Of a stretch of 64,000 nt of DNA, positions 1 to 13,167 are shown one piece after another; positions within the stretch are counted from its first letter, which is position 1; every line of letters starts with the position of its first letter. The stretch lies in the NCBI RefSeq assembly GCF_009914755.1, contig NC_060935.1; one strand, written 5' to 3'. The notes beneath the pieces were generated by a model. It did not search any database. It saw only the letters and a list, made by a program, of their open reading frames with translations, and was not told the origin of the DNA. The stretch comes from the human T2T-CHM13v2.0 reference genome, Homo sapiens. Made by a program: the position numbers and the translations under genes.

Positions 1-274
1 GAGGACTTGGCGAGAGTTGCTGGGAAATTTAAAAGTGTAGAAAAGAGAAGGGAGATTCCACAATTCAAGGACTCCAGATGCAAAAATAAAAGAAAGAAAA
101 TCTATTTTTATATGTGCAGACAGTTTTGAGATTTTGGAAAGTGGCTTTAGTCTAGCAGTTAACCGAACATTTCTGCCCCTGGGTATAATGAAGATGAATA
201 GCAATAGTGGTGGTCTGTATTTAGTTTTGACTGCAGAAGCCTTCTGTGGGAATTTGCTATTCTGAGATGAGAGG

Positions 275-450
275 AATGATGTTTAGTAGTTAAAAGCTGG
301 GTCTCTGATCTAACACATAATTATTGTGTGACTTGGAGAACTAGTTTAGTTTAGTTTCTCTGCTCTTCTAGGCTTTTTCCAATAAAAGATTCTTCATAGG
401 GTTATTATAAGTATTGAATGACTTAGTGCACCCTAAACAGCTAGACATAA
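275..450 (+). mobile_element. MIR SINE, degraded
   Basis: tgtgtgacttgg...cttcatagggttattataagtattgaatga resembles the MIR core. Boundaries approximate. Confidence 0.5.
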
Positions 451-799
451 CTATGAAGGATTATCATCACCCAAATCCTTGAGCAAAGGGAGAACTGGTA
501 GTATTCGAAGTATCCAGCCATCCTGGGCATGCAAGGTACCTCTAGGTTATAACTGAGATCGTATTTGAAGTGGTTCTGTGCTCAAGTGGTTTGAGAAGCT
601 CCGAGCAACATTCTGAGGCTGTAATCCCATAAGACCTTTGCTGTGTTCCAGAAAAGTCCACCCCTGACAAATCAAAGGAAATGTATGTGTTGGGGGAAGG
701 GAGAAAGACAAGATATTCTAGCCTTGCCATGAGGACCTCCCTCTGATGGCTGCTGTCGTCTCTCAGTCCCTTGACGTACCTGTCTGGTCTTCCCTTCAG

Positions 800-1032
800 G
801 TGCACTATTGACAACCGGGTCACCCGGGTGGCCTGGCTAAACCGCAGCACCATCCTCTATGCTGGGAATGACAAGTGGTGCCTGGATCCTCGCGTGGTCC
901 TTCTGAGCAACACCCAAACGCAGTACAGCATCGAGATCCAGAACGTGGATGTGTATGACGAGGGCCCTTACACCTGCTCGGTGCAGACAGACAACCACCC
1001 AAAGACCTCTAGGGTCCACCTCATTGTGCAAG
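800..1032 (+). CDS. NTM: Neurotrimin internal coding exon (most of Ig-like domain 1), 233 bp, phase 2 start and phase 1 end
   Basis: Translates as (R)[77 protein letters not shown], an IgLON Ig1 domain. [15 protein letters not shown] matches NTM rather than OPCML (KWSIDPRVIILVNTP). Flanked by the acceptor tcttcccttcag (AG at 798-799) and the donor AAG|gtaggt (GT at 1033). Confidence 0.97.
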
Positions 1033-1689
1033 GTAGGTGGGCGGGGCTTGGCGGGGAGATCTGGCTGGCCAGCCTGGAAAGCCTTCAGGTAAAGGTTTGT
1101 TCTCTGATCCTCAACAGAGATGAGTTATCCTTATTCTACGCATCTGGGGTCCAGGGCACATTTCTGGTTGTCATTTTGCAGTTAGAAGCTAAATTTTCCA
1201 GTCATTTTCATTGAGTGGAACTAGGAATTGTTTTTTTCATTTTTGTTCCAATAATATATTTTCTCAGGAAATTATCTTGTAATTATTGCTCTTCTTGGCT
1301 TTTTTCTCCCCTAAGTTTTAGTTATTTTTGTTTGTTTGTTTTTTGTTTTGTTTTGTTTTGTTTTTTAGATTTCATCCAATTCCAAGACTGTGTTATGTTT
1401 AAAACCAGACTTTTAATGCACTTTTGGAAGTACAGGTATGCCATGTCCCCCTCCAGCCTTGAACGAAAGCAGAGCCAACCAGGATGCACTGGGCACTGCC
1501 CTCAGCTGCATCCTTCACAAGCACCTGCTTGTTTCCAGCTCACTTGCGCCTCCTCTCCTCTCCCAGCCAGGGGTTTTGGATGCCATTTCTCCCATATAAT
1601 ACTGGTGTCTGATTCTCCCTGTTTTGATTCCATCCCAACTCTCCTGGCCTTCTTCTCCTCCCCTGACTCCTAGTTCATGAGGCCTTGTA

Positions 1690-1693
<4 letters not shown>

Positions 1694-1756
<63 letters not shown>
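1694..1756. repeat. Compound (TG)n(AG)n microsatellite
   Basis: About 18 TG units followed directly by about 14 GA units. Confidence 0.97.
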
Positions 1757-1761
<5 letters not shown>

Positions 1762-1884
1762 TGTGTTGGTTATGCTCTCTTAGACCCTGGGAATGGAGCT
1801 CACCTCTTCCCACAAGGCAGAACCAGTCCTGGGGCATTCAGACAACACTTAACCCGGTTGAAGGATTCCTAGTTAGTGAGCAAG

Positions 1885-2062
1885 AGCTGGCATCACACTT
1901 GGCCACTTTCTGGCTGTGAGACCTTAATCAAGTTATTACCGTGTCTCAGGGTTCTCTTTCTGTAAAGGGGGTCAACGTGAGGATTGAATTGTAAACGTAC
2001 TGACATAGAAAACACGTAGAAGAGGGCGTGGCACATACAAGTGCTATTTCAGTGTTAGCTAT
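1885..2062 (+). mobile_element. MIR SINE
   Basis: gccactttctggctgtgagaccttaatcaagtta...gtgaggattgaat...tggcacatacaagtgct...gttagctat follows the MIR consensus. Confidence 0.75.
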
Positions 2063-4361
2063 GGAGCTTTCTTTTCTTCTTTTTTAGGACTTTTGTAATT
2101 TTTAAAATTTTTGAGCATCTTTTACAGTGGGTCAAATATCTTATTTTGTGATGTCAGCAGTATAGCCCCTGAGCAGCGGCATGCCAGATCCAGTGCTGGA
2201 GCCCTTTCCCAGGCTGATCCCGAGGCCCTTTCAACCAGGGACGTGTAGCTCCAGGGTGACAAACTCCTCTCCTAGGGGCTCCTTCCACCAGTCCCCTTGT
2301 CGGTGTGTTCAAGAAAAGGGTAAAGAACTATGGGATGATTGGTTAGAGACAGAATAGGAAGGAAGGCAGCTTGAGAAGGAAGAACTGAAGTGAGCCGGAA
2401 GAAGGAAGGGGAGGCCTGCTGTTTGACAGTAGGGGAAGGCGGAACTTGGGTCGTGATCAGCACTGTTGAGTGAGGCAGGGTGAGCAGGACTGAGAGGAGG
2501 ACACATGAGAACAAGGTGATGCTGGACCTGGCTGTGGGCAGAACGTATGCCAGGGGACATGGGAATCCTTGATGCTGTGGCCCAAGTTTGGTCATGCCAA
2601 GTTTTTATTATATTTTGCTTACTCTTTCTTCCCCAAAGGAAATTACAATGGCTGTTTAAAAAATGATTCTATAAATGAATACTTTTTGAACTGATGCATG
2701 CAAACAGCAATTTTAAAGAAAATAGAATTGCATAGAAGGTATCAGAGTGTATTACAAAGAGTGGAGTAGGTATTGCCATGTGAGATTTTTGTTTCAGTTT
2801 GTGTACATTTTTTAATGTAAAATACATTTTTTATTATGGATAGGGAGGCCAAAAATGCTTGAGAATCTCCACTCTGTGGGCAGGGCTGGTGAATGCCCTG
2901 GTGCCACCATCTGCATACTCTACCAGGTGGTGGTTTGGAAGCTATTGCTCAGCCCCCCTCCTGTCCTGCCCCAACCCCTGCACACTTAGTGTTGAGAAAA
3001 GAATGCCTAGCATTGACAATGAGAGACTGGGAACTAGGAACTATTAGAGATATTTGCTTTAGGAAGCAGGGCCTCATGGAACTGGAAAGTGGAAGGAATT
3101 GTGAAAAGTGCTAATGTCTCCTTGAAAACTGGATCATATTTTTGTCATTTTCTTTCTTCAGCCACCCCCACTCACACACACCCCCACACCCCTGCCCTGA
3201 ACACCTCGCAGAATGCCTGATACAAAGTGAACATTTAATAAATGCTTATTGAAGCAAATGGCTAGAATTAGAGCCAGGTGATCTTATATGGGCTCCAAGA
3301 GAGACGGCTGGGTGTTTTTGGGGGTGAGATGATGGGAGGGGGTGAGAGGATGGAGTCTACATCAATCTTCACTCACATCCAAGCTAATGGAAAATGTCTA
3401 ATCCCTTGCTAGGTGTTTACATCTGTGACTTAGCTAGGTGCCCTCTCGCATGACACACCACCTCAAGTATTGGAATCTCATCTTGGGCTAATTTTCGAAT
3501 GCTGATGGGTGTATTGATCTGGAAACAAGCTGGGTTAAAAAAGGCATTGGTCTTTTACACAGACTCAGCCCAAGCTAATCCGCTGTCGATATGCCTGGAC
3601 TGAGTATTATCGACACTTTAATGAATAGAGGACCATAGTTTTTTCAGAGCCAAACTGACCCCCTCTTCAAAGCGATCAGACAAACTAAATAGAGCCAGAT
3701 TCTTGTGTTTCTGTATTGGAAAGAGGATGCACCACCATCCTGGATTACAAAAAAAAAAAAAAAAAGGGAAAGAAATATATTTATCTTGGGATCGTTTATT
3801 ATACCAAACATAAACCCTAATTCCCCTAGCAGAAGCTGACTCTCTGGATTTGAAGTTGCTATTCAGCCCTGAGCTTCTGGAATAAAAGTTGGGCATATTA
3901 GGTTTTCAAAATGGTATTATGATCCTTTAAAAAAAGAAATAAAAACAGCAACAACAAAAAGGAACTAAATTGATATTCTGCCCATGAGTATGTGTATTTA
4001 TGTATATGTAGTCACCTTCATATCTAAATAAATCCACACAGAAGGAAGGTAGTGGCATCTCACAGCATTGCACAAGCTGCTTCAGGTCTGGGGTATGTCT
4101 TTCCCCTTACTGTCAAATATCCCATCTACCCCCTAGTTCTCTGTACTGGATTTTCTTCCCCTGTGGTTCTAATCCAATATGGTTATTTCTTGCAGACAGC
4201 CGTGAGGCCAAGGCGACCACATGGAGCAAGTCTCTGGGGCAAGCTAGGAGCAAAGGGCATCCTGGGGGAGGAGGGTGACCCTGGAGCCAGTGTGGGAGGG
4301 AGATGGAGGGGGAAGGCGGCAGAAAGGAGGAGACAAGAGAACTGAGCCAAGTAGCTACTTG

Positions 4362-4972
4362 CCAGGGTGGCTATTTTAAATTAAATTTAAATTAGCTACA
4401 ACCAAACAACATTTAAAATTTACTTCTTCAGTCACACTAGCCACACTGCAGTGCTTCCATAGTCATGCAAGTCTACTGTTCCCTTGTGTTCATTTTGCAT
4501 TACTATAAAGGAATGCCTGAGGCTGGTAATTCACACACATAAAAAAGAGGTTTATTTGGCTCATGGTTCTGCAGCCTGTACAAGCACAGCACCAACATTT
4601 GCATCTGGAGAGGGCCTCAGAATGCTTCTATTCGTGGCATGGCGTGAAGGGGACCCAGTATATGCAGAATTGCATGGTGAGAGAAAAAGCCAGAGACAGC
4701 AGGGACGGTGCCAGGCTCTTTTTTACCACCAGCTTTCGAGAAAGCTAATAGAGCAAGAACTCACTTGCCCCACCCCCTGCATTTATCTATTTATGCTCCA
4801 TCCCCATGGCCAGACATCTCCCATTAGGCCCCCACCTCCAATTTTGGAATCAACTTTCCACATAAGATCTACGGGAACAAATACCCAAACTACTGCACTC
4901 CTGTGTTGGACAGTGCAGAGAGAGAACATTTGTGTGAACTTCCATTGTAAAAAGCTTTATTGGATAGTGCTA
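4362..4972. mobile_element. MER3/MER33-type hAT-Charlie DNA transposon relic, split by an MST LTR
   Basis: cagtcacactagccacac (~4429-4446) resumes after the LTR as ttggacagtgcag...agaacatt...tattggatagtgct (~4900-4972). Confidence 0.65.
4477..4897 (-). mobile_element. MST-family MaLR solo LTR (MSTB/C-like)
   Basis: ctataaaggaatgcctgaggctggtaat...gaggtttatttggctcatggttctgcag...cccattaggccccacctccaa...caaactactgca are typical MST blocks in reverse orientation. Confidence 0.85.
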
Positions 4973-5121
4973 TAAGGGGTTACCATTATGGATCAGCAGG
5001 TGTTAAAGCTAGAATGGCTTTCCATGGCTTGAAGGGCTAGGTATATTGTGGAAAGGAGAGTGGAATTTTGGAAAGAGGATGGAAATTTTAAATAGATGGT
5101 GCTCTTTTAAAAACAAGAGAG

Positions 5122-5209
5122 AATTGTTGAAAAAGATGGAGTAATGGATTTCCTAGGTTAGCTTCAATTGTTTAAAAAGATGGAGTAATGGAGTTCCTAG
5201 GTTAGCTTA
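5122..5209. repeat. Two-copy 44-bp tandem duplication
   Basis: aattgttgaaaaagatggagtaatggatttcctaggttagcttc followed by aattgtttaaaaagatggagtaatggagttcctaggttagctta, with 3 differences. Confidence 0.93.
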
Positions 5210-8200
5210 GACAGAGAAGAGTCTGGAGTCCAAGGATGTACCTGCAGGAGAGTAGGCAGAGTTCGAGGGTTGGTTAAGTGTGAGCATGGGGGTGATGACT
5301 CCACCAGGACACTGAGATTTCTACCTGTGAGCTCAGGGGACATGAATACTAACATGTCTAAAGATCACATGGCAAAACTGATTCATCAGCAGAGGGGAAT
5401 GAGTTCAGATACCTGGATTTCTTGACTTTGAGATGCCTTGAATACTTCCTTCAAATGTGAAATGTAAGAAATACCACCCGTGGATTTGCATGTCCTGAAC
5501 ATAATCTTTTTGTCCAGAATAGGGGAGATTCATCTAAAATTTATTAACATTTAGGTCTAATGATTTCCATCTCTTTGACCTTAGGGTTTTTTGCCTAATA
5601 AACATAATTAATAAGTGGTTCTCTCTGGAGTCTAGCAGAATATTTTATTCCTTTCACCCTCTTAATCCTGCTACCAAACCGAGCATATTCTACATCTGAA
5701 AAAGCCATACTACTGTCTCCATTGTTCCTTTGGACAAGGTTACATCTTGGAAAACAGAATGGATAAAACATTCAGTGGGAATGAATTGTTTGGCAAGTTA
5801 AGGACAGCTTGAGAAGACGTCTAAAAGGCCCCGTCTGTGTTTCTAAGAACCCATGAATGGTGGTAGAGCAAAAGTGTGCCATGGTTGTGTGCAGAGTGTT
5901 AAGAAAGGTCCTCCTTATCCAAGTATGGAAAACTGACTTCTCCATTTTGACTGGTGTACCTGCAGGAATTCACTCTCACTTAGAGACACATTTGTATGAC
6001 AGAGAACAGTAGAATACAGTGCTTATAAAAACAGGGATATTAGTGTAATAAAAAATGTTAAAAAAGCTTTTAGCCTCTTTGTCAGTTTTCCAGGCCCTAG
6101 CTAGGTTTCTCTTTTGTCACTGGAGTATCTAATCATCCCCTCCCTTTTGTTTGGTAAAATGAGTTTTCCTATTTCTTGCTGGGCAGAATTAATCTGAAAA
6201 TCCCTGCTATTGTTTGATAGTTAATTACCTGCCTTTGGAGTCAAACAGCTCCGAAGCTCAGGTAAAGAAGGGAAACACAAATGTCTATGGAATAGGGCAG
6301 GAATGAGGGAAAGAAGCCAGGACATTCTGTTCACTTCGTGTGTTAAAGTAATTCCAGAGAGAAAGGGACTAGACTAGGGAGACACCCAGCCCAGGCAGTG
6401 ACTTGCAAATAATGGAAGTATGGCCACATCAGCCCCTAATTTACCTTTGATTGTCTCCCTATTTCTGACTCTCTCTCTTACCCACTTGATATATACAACC
6501 GTGTTTCTTTCCAATCCTGAATAATTAGTTGACCTTGTCAAGCAAAAGCTCATTATTATGATTCAGAGAACAGGAACAATAACTTTTAATTTCTAGGTAG
6601 CTACACCCTAGAGACCCCTCCCCACTCTGAATCTGAACTGAAGGTAATTTGAAACACAAAATATCAAAGGAAATAATGTGACCTAATCCTTACTTTGAAA
6701 GCAAAGCTTTCTGCCTCTCCAGACATGTCACCCAGAAAGCACCATGCCCTTCTGGCAGGACAAGGCTCCCGGAGAGCTCTGCAGATCTTTGCACCAACAC
6801 TTCCCATTCAAGCGAGTCAATGGTAGAGGAAAACATCATGATCCAATTCGAAATAGACTGAAGTCACCTTCTGAGAACATCTGTGTTCTCTAGATGTCAG
6901 TAGCCCTGTGTGACAGATAGTGGGGGCATACTGATCATCCCAAACTGCTTTCCAATGACCTCTCTTTTTCCTGTCCCATTCAAGAAATAGATGAAAATGT
7001 ATATTTGGTCTGGTCATAAGACTGTGTGTCTAAATTTGATAGAACTTTGAAAAAGTCAGGAAATTAAATTCCACTATAAAATTGGAGCTCTCCTCAAAGC
7101 ACCCCGGAGAATGACAAGGAAGTAGGGCATTTTACCTGCAATTGATGTACACTATCTAGACAGCATGCAGATGAGGCAACTCTGTTCTACCTGGTGAGTT
7201 TTAAAATTTCTTGAAGCAGTTGCTGACAACGGAGGGACAAAAATTGACAGAAAGGCTAGAGCACATTTCAGTAAACTCACCTGAGGTATCGTCTGTCTGC
7301 TAAGCCAAGTAGGGCAAAATGTAAAGACTAAAGTAATCTCAGAAAAATGCCAGAGGAAAAGTTATATTCATTGAATAATGGCATTTTCTTTTCCTTTTGG
7401 TATGGCTGGGAAGGGGTCCTCATGTTCTCTACAGAGTTTGGAAAACTTGGCGTCTTTTGCAGAAGAGTGGATAAAAATAGGGTCCCCTGTTCTAGCCTTT
7501 CACACCCACTCATAGAGAATGGAGCAGAAAGTTTAGATGACCCTTATGGCTTTACAGCAAGCACTTACAGAAGTCAGGCAACATCTCTCCAGGTAAGCAG
7601 TTAGGGCTCCCATGGGAAAGTCTGTAAGCAGCCACTGAGTTATTACCCCTTAGGTGCTTTTCCACAGGGAGTCTTGGCTGCTTCTGAGCGGCCTCAGAGT
7701 CTAACACCATAGGATTGAGAAACATGGCTCTGATTCCTTCTGGATCTTGATTCTTTCTGCAGCTTCCAAGTGAGAAATGTCATTTATTTTGGGGAAAGGA
7801 CAAACACCAGATCCTGAATAATCAGCTTTTTCAAGATGTATGCCTTTAGACTCCCATTCCCATATGAGAGTGCTGATTTATTCAAGCTGCACTTGAAGAA
7901 AATCTTCTTAATTAAGGGTTGGATGAGGTCTCTTTATGGTCTCATGACCCAACACTACAGATCTGTCTAATCCTATAATATATCCAAAATTTTCCTCATT
8001 ACCGTATTCCTAATGGTTTCAGAAGGTCACCCATACAGAGTGTGTGATACAGCAATATCAAGAGCAGCTGACTTGGATGCCATCACTGTTAGGAGAAGAT
8101 TCTTAGACACTCAAAAGACCCAAAGATTCTGGTTGTTCCTCTCTTCTTAATAAAATTAAAATGCGTAGCTTCTTAGGACATAGGGAGTAGTTGATGAGAA

Positions 8201-8249
8201 AGGTTTCCGTCCATCTGTTGTCAGATCGAAGACACTCTACTGACCCTGT

Positions 8250-8700
8250 TGAATTCCATTTAACAGTATTTTGAAGCCAGGTCCTGGGGACACAAAGATT
8301 CAGACAGAGCTCCTGCCCTGTCCAGCAGAGGAGACCACTATACTAACAAATATCTGTCTTATAAGGTAACAGGGATTAGGATGTTTGAGGGTATAAATGC
8401 TATGAATACATTGAAATGGAGTAATTGAATTTACCTGCAAGATTAGACAAAACTACAAAGTTATATTTCATGAGGGTCTTCAATGGGCAGTAGAGTTTTT
8501 TAGGGGATCTGAGAGGAAATGGCATCCCAAACAGGATCAATCATGTGTGCAAAGCTTGGAAGGCTGAACGTGTATGTTGTGTTGGACGAAGAGTGAGGAC
8601 GCTAATATGGTCACAGGGCAGAGTTCCTGGGGTGAAATCACTCAATATATGGCTAGAAAGGTAGGCTGCATCTCAGTTTCAGGTGGAACCAGATAGGCTT
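8250..8700 (-). mobile_element. L2 LINE 3' fragment
   Basis: cagtatttttgaagccaggtcctgggggacacaaagattcagacagagctcctgccct...catgtgtgcaaagcttggaagg resembles an antisense L2 3' end. Confidence 0.55.
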
Positions 8701-10599
8701 CCAATAGGCTTATTTTTTTCTGGTTGTCCTGCTAGAATGCTACTTTCTTTCACAAGGAAGTGCACATTAGATTGTTTTGACAATGGACAAATACTCAAAA
8801 GATTATCAGTGGAAAAGAACATGACAAACACCTAAGTCAATAAATCTTGGGTAGAAAGGAGATATATTGGAAGGAAAGAATACATCCAATCCCAACTGGT
8901 TCTATGCTTCTTGCATGGTTAAGACACAAAGGGGAAAGATTGCCAAAGACTTTTCTACCAATACGTCAATTTTCAAAATCTCTCCAATGTATGTCTTACA
9001 TTTGAATTTGTAATAATGATTCTTCTTCCATAGTATAGTAAGGTGCATCTCTTTGTGTCTTAGCAAATAGAGGGTGTGGTACTGGGTTTTGTGCTGTCAT
9101 GGTGATGATCATGGCAGAGAGGGTGAGGATGCTGCCGAGGATGAATGACAGCTGCAAGAAGCAGTCCCCAGCCCTCAGGTCCTCAGCAGCCTCCTACCTG
9201 AGAGTCCTCATACAAATGAGAAGACTTCCTGTTTCTGATATCTCCAGGCTAATTTAGGCTTTGAGGTGTCACCACTTGGAGTGTATGTTAAGACATGTTC
9301 CTGTTGAATGTCGCCTGCAGTAAATAATTGTCTAACATTGGTATGAAATCTAATTGGCTTCCGCTAGAGCTTGGCTCAGCAGAGGAATTCACTCCTGGAG
9401 TTTTTGGAGCACCACACTTTCTTCATTTCATGTTATTTGAGAAAGAATTTATTGATGCAAAATCAGGGCAGTTTAATTTGGTGGCATGTTTTCTTTATGT
9501 CTCAATTATATATTCATGTCTTTGTGGTAAACTCAGCTGGTGGGGGGATTAAGAATTCAAAATAGAGGATTTTCACTTGGCAAGTAGTGCTTTCTACTGT
9601 GATTAATTGGGAGTCTGCACAATGAACCCGGTGTTGGCTCCGTTGGGGATTTAATAGCTTAGTAGAAAGAAGTAAATTTCAGGATTTAAGAGTTTTGGGT
9701 TACAGTCTGAATTTTGATAATTACCTGGAAAAATGATCTCCTTGTTTTAGTTATTCCAGATTAGATATTCCCAATTAGATACCTTTTATAGAAGTGTTTT
9801 TGTGTCCCATAATTCGATTTGGAGAAGGGTGTCAAGTAGGTGCAGGGAAGCAGAAGAGCACCCCTCATTGTTGTGATCATCCAACAGCCCTAAAGACTTC
9901 CAGGTGCTTACATCCATTTGTCTTTTTCTGTCTTCTTTCTATGGATGCAATCCTCTAGATGGGGAATGCACACATGTCCTGCCGCTGATGTGGGTCCCTG
10001 TTCCCAGAAACCGGTCTGGGTCGCATCCCGTTTCTCCAGCCTCAGCCGCCTCCGCGGAGCTCTATTGCTCCTGGCTTTCTGGCCTTCTGACCTGGTGCTC
10101 TTCCTCAGCTCTCTTGCCACCATCTCCTGTGTTCTCACAGTTTTGTTTGGGCATGTTTTATGGTGTTCTTATCGTCCTAAAACCTGGATTTCACAGAGGG
10201 GACCTGTGTGCTAACACTGTTCCTCATTCTGAGGGCTAGGCTGGCCAAGCCATTTCTTCCTACTCTGAGAAAGAAAGATGAGAAATTTTGATTATTTTCC
10301 CTTTCACACATAAACCATCATGTGTCAAGTCCTGAAATTGAGGTTGGAATGGATACAAAGATGGATGAGATGGGTCCCTACAATGGGGATGTGCAAAGGA
10401 GTGGGGTGCAGGTAGGGTGTGTAAGGGCAGCAGCTCTCACAGCCACTGGAGAGTCCCTGGGCTGAGAGCGATGGCTGCAAGCTTGGGAGCCAGGCTTTGC
10501 TGTTGCAGAAGGCCAAGAAAATAATAAAGTCTTTTGAAATTGAGTAATGTGGCGTTTCAGCTCCCGACTGTTAGAATGAAAATAGCGATTCTGCCACAC

Positions 10600-11155
10600 C
10601 CACTTTGCACCCCTCACCCCTCATTTCTGCACTTGTAGCCTGAGTGATCTTTTCAAACCAAATCTGGAGGTTCCTCAAAGACTTCTCTTTAGCCCAAGAG
10701 AGCCAATTCCTTATGAAGGAGTTGATAGTCCTGGAGGCCAGGCTCCAGGGGACCTCTGCTCCTGGTTCATGCCATGTCCTGCCTCACTATTTTCATTCTA
10801 GTGTATTTTTTCTTGTTATTTCTGGTCATAGGCCCTTTGAACGTTCCCTTCCCTCTTCCTGGAATTCTCTTTTGCTTTTCACCCAGTCGGTCCTATTTAT
10901 CCTTCAGACTTTGACTCAAATGCCATTTCCATAGAGAACTTTCCCAGACCTGCTAACCACTGCCACTCCCACCTCTGCCAGGAGCTAGAGCCTTGCCCTT
11001 CTTCCTGCTTTTTGCCACAGTTAAAATGTGGCATTTGTCTGTGTGATTGGTTGATTATGTCATTTTTTCTGAGGTCAGGGGGCCTGTATGCTTGTGCATT
11101 CTATCCCCAGTGCCTGGAATTTAATAGAGCTCAGGGACTATTTGTTGGATAATCT
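10600..11155 (+). mobile_element. L2 LINE 3' fragment
   Basis: gagtgatcttttcaaac...ccttcagactttgactcaaatgcc...atccccagtgcctggaat...tatttgttggat. Confidence 0.6.
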
Positions 11156-11226
11156 ATCTGTAAAGTTTCTTTTTTATTGTATTATAATTATTAAACAAAA
11201 TGATTCATTTTTTTTTCATTACTAGT

Positions 11227-11721
11227 TGTAGTAGGCTGAATAATGTCCAAACAAAGATCAGATTCTAATCCCTGGAACCCAAAAATATACTTTGCATGGT
11301 AGAGTCTTTACAGATGAGATTAGTTTAAAGATTTGAGATAGGGAAATTGTCCTGGGCCCTAAATGCAATCACATAAATCTTTACAAAAGGGAGGCAGAGG
11401 AAGATTTGATAGGAACACACACAGAGGAGAAGGCAGTGTAAAGACGGGAGCAGAGGGATATGAAGATGCTGACCCTCAGGGTTACAGTGATGTGGCCACA
11501 AGCCAAAGAATGCCCATAGCCAGCGGAAGCTGGGAGCACCAAAGACCAGATATCTTTTGAGAGCCTCTGGAGGAATCACAGCCTTCCTGATACCCTGATT
11601 TCAGCCTAGTGAGAGTCATTTTTGGACGTCTCACCTCCAGAATCATCAAAGAATCAATTTCTCTTGTTTGTTAAGCCACTAAATATATGGAAATGTGTTA
11701 TAGAAAAAGGAAACAAATACA
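11227..11721 (+). mobile_element. MLT1 (MLT1C/D-like) MaLR solo LTR
   Basis: TG...CA termini (tgtagtaggctgaataatg ... ggaaacaaataca), with internal gggccctaaatgcaatcaca, ggccacaagccaaagaatgcc and cctccagaa blocks. Confidence 0.88.
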
Positions 11722-12189
11722 CTGACCTTCAATGTTTTGAATCCTTAATGGATGGAAATAGGAAAAACAAAAATTGATATTTGAAATCTGCCCCAAATTT
11801 AGTCTTTGTCACTGTGAGAGATGAAGTAACACTCATCTTTTTCATTATTTCTTTTTAAAAAAAATCTCTTTGGAGATGCACCCTTGTCATGTAAATGCAA
11901 TGAGGCATCAGCTTTTTGTCCTTGGGGTATCTACAGGAGCAGATGGAGTCATCCACATTTCAAAACTAAGATGATACTTTTTGATGTTGAAAATTTCTGT
12001 CCCAGGGGCCCTAGGGTATGGAAGCAGGGAGGGAAAGACACCTCTGCCAAATATGGTTTTAATGAGAGGAAACCATTGATGTCGCCTAGCATTAAGCTGT
12101 GAGATTTGGTTTGTGAATGTGGGACCAGAGTTGAAGATTAAAATCGCTAAACATTCTCTTGTTAACTGGGAGAGGGACCTCGTATTTGT

Positions 12190-13167
12190 GTTTTTTCTCC
12201 ACTATGTGTCTCATAGGCATCTCAAACTGAAAATGTAAAACATAGATCTCTTGAATTCTAGCCTTCTTTCCTGACCATCCTCTGACTCCAACCCTAAACC
12301 TGCTCCTCCTGGAGTCTTGCCATCTGGTAAATGGCAATTGCATTCTTCTAGTGGCTCATGTGAAAGCTGCAGTCCGTCTTCACTGTTTTCCTTTTCCCGT
12401 CCTCTTCCTCAATCCTGAGCACGTCCTGCTAGATTTTCTGAATTCGGAGGTTTATCCAGTCCTGCCTCTTCTGCCCTCTCCCAAGCTGCTGTTACCTTTG
12501 TCTGGAGTGTTCCACAGCTTTCTACCTAACTGGCCTGCTTTTTTTGTTCTTATTCCCTATCGTCTGTTCTCCATGCTCAGCGAAAGCATTTCTGTGCAGG
12601 CTTCGTTGTTCCTGATTTAGTCGCTTCCTGGCTCACCTAAGGTCTTTAACATCCCTACTGTGGCCTAAAAGGTCTTCCTTGGTCCGGCCACCAGTGTCTC
12701 CCTGGCTTCACCTCCACACACACTCCCTTTTCCTTACCCTGTCTCCACTACTTCCTGATATGCCTGTGATACACCAAGGTGGCCTCCTGGCTTCCAGGCC
12801 TTAAAGCTCCCTCTGCTGGTGCCCATGCCAGGTGTCCTTGGGGCTCTCTTCTTAGATCTCTGTTCAAGGTCACCTTAAGGCAGAGGCCTTCTTCACCACC
12901 TGCATAAAATAGAGCTTCCAACCCCACATCATCACACCCTAGCACCTTTCTTGCCTTGTTTGTTCTTTATAAAGTAACTCACCTATTGGCATAATGGATA
13001 TTTCCGTGTTGGAGAGTGGTAGCCTGTTTCAACCCCTCTAGAACATGTGTGCCATGATGGTGGGGCTTGATCTGGCATGTTCATTGTTGTTTCCCAAGTG
13101 CCTAGAACAGGGTCTGGTGCATAGTAGGCACTCTGTAAGCATTTGTCAAATAAATGAATGAATGAAA
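12190..13167 (+). mobile_element. L2a LINE 3' portion
   Basis: ataggcatctcaaactgaaaatgt...gtaaatggcaattgcattcttctagtggctca...gtgcctagaacagggtctggtgcatagtaggcactc...aaatgaatgaatgaa tail. Confidence 0.85.

Noticed and set aside
771-1214. 147-aa ORF as a complete gene
   Set aside because: Only 800-1032 is exon. The flanks are intron read-through past canonical splice sites.
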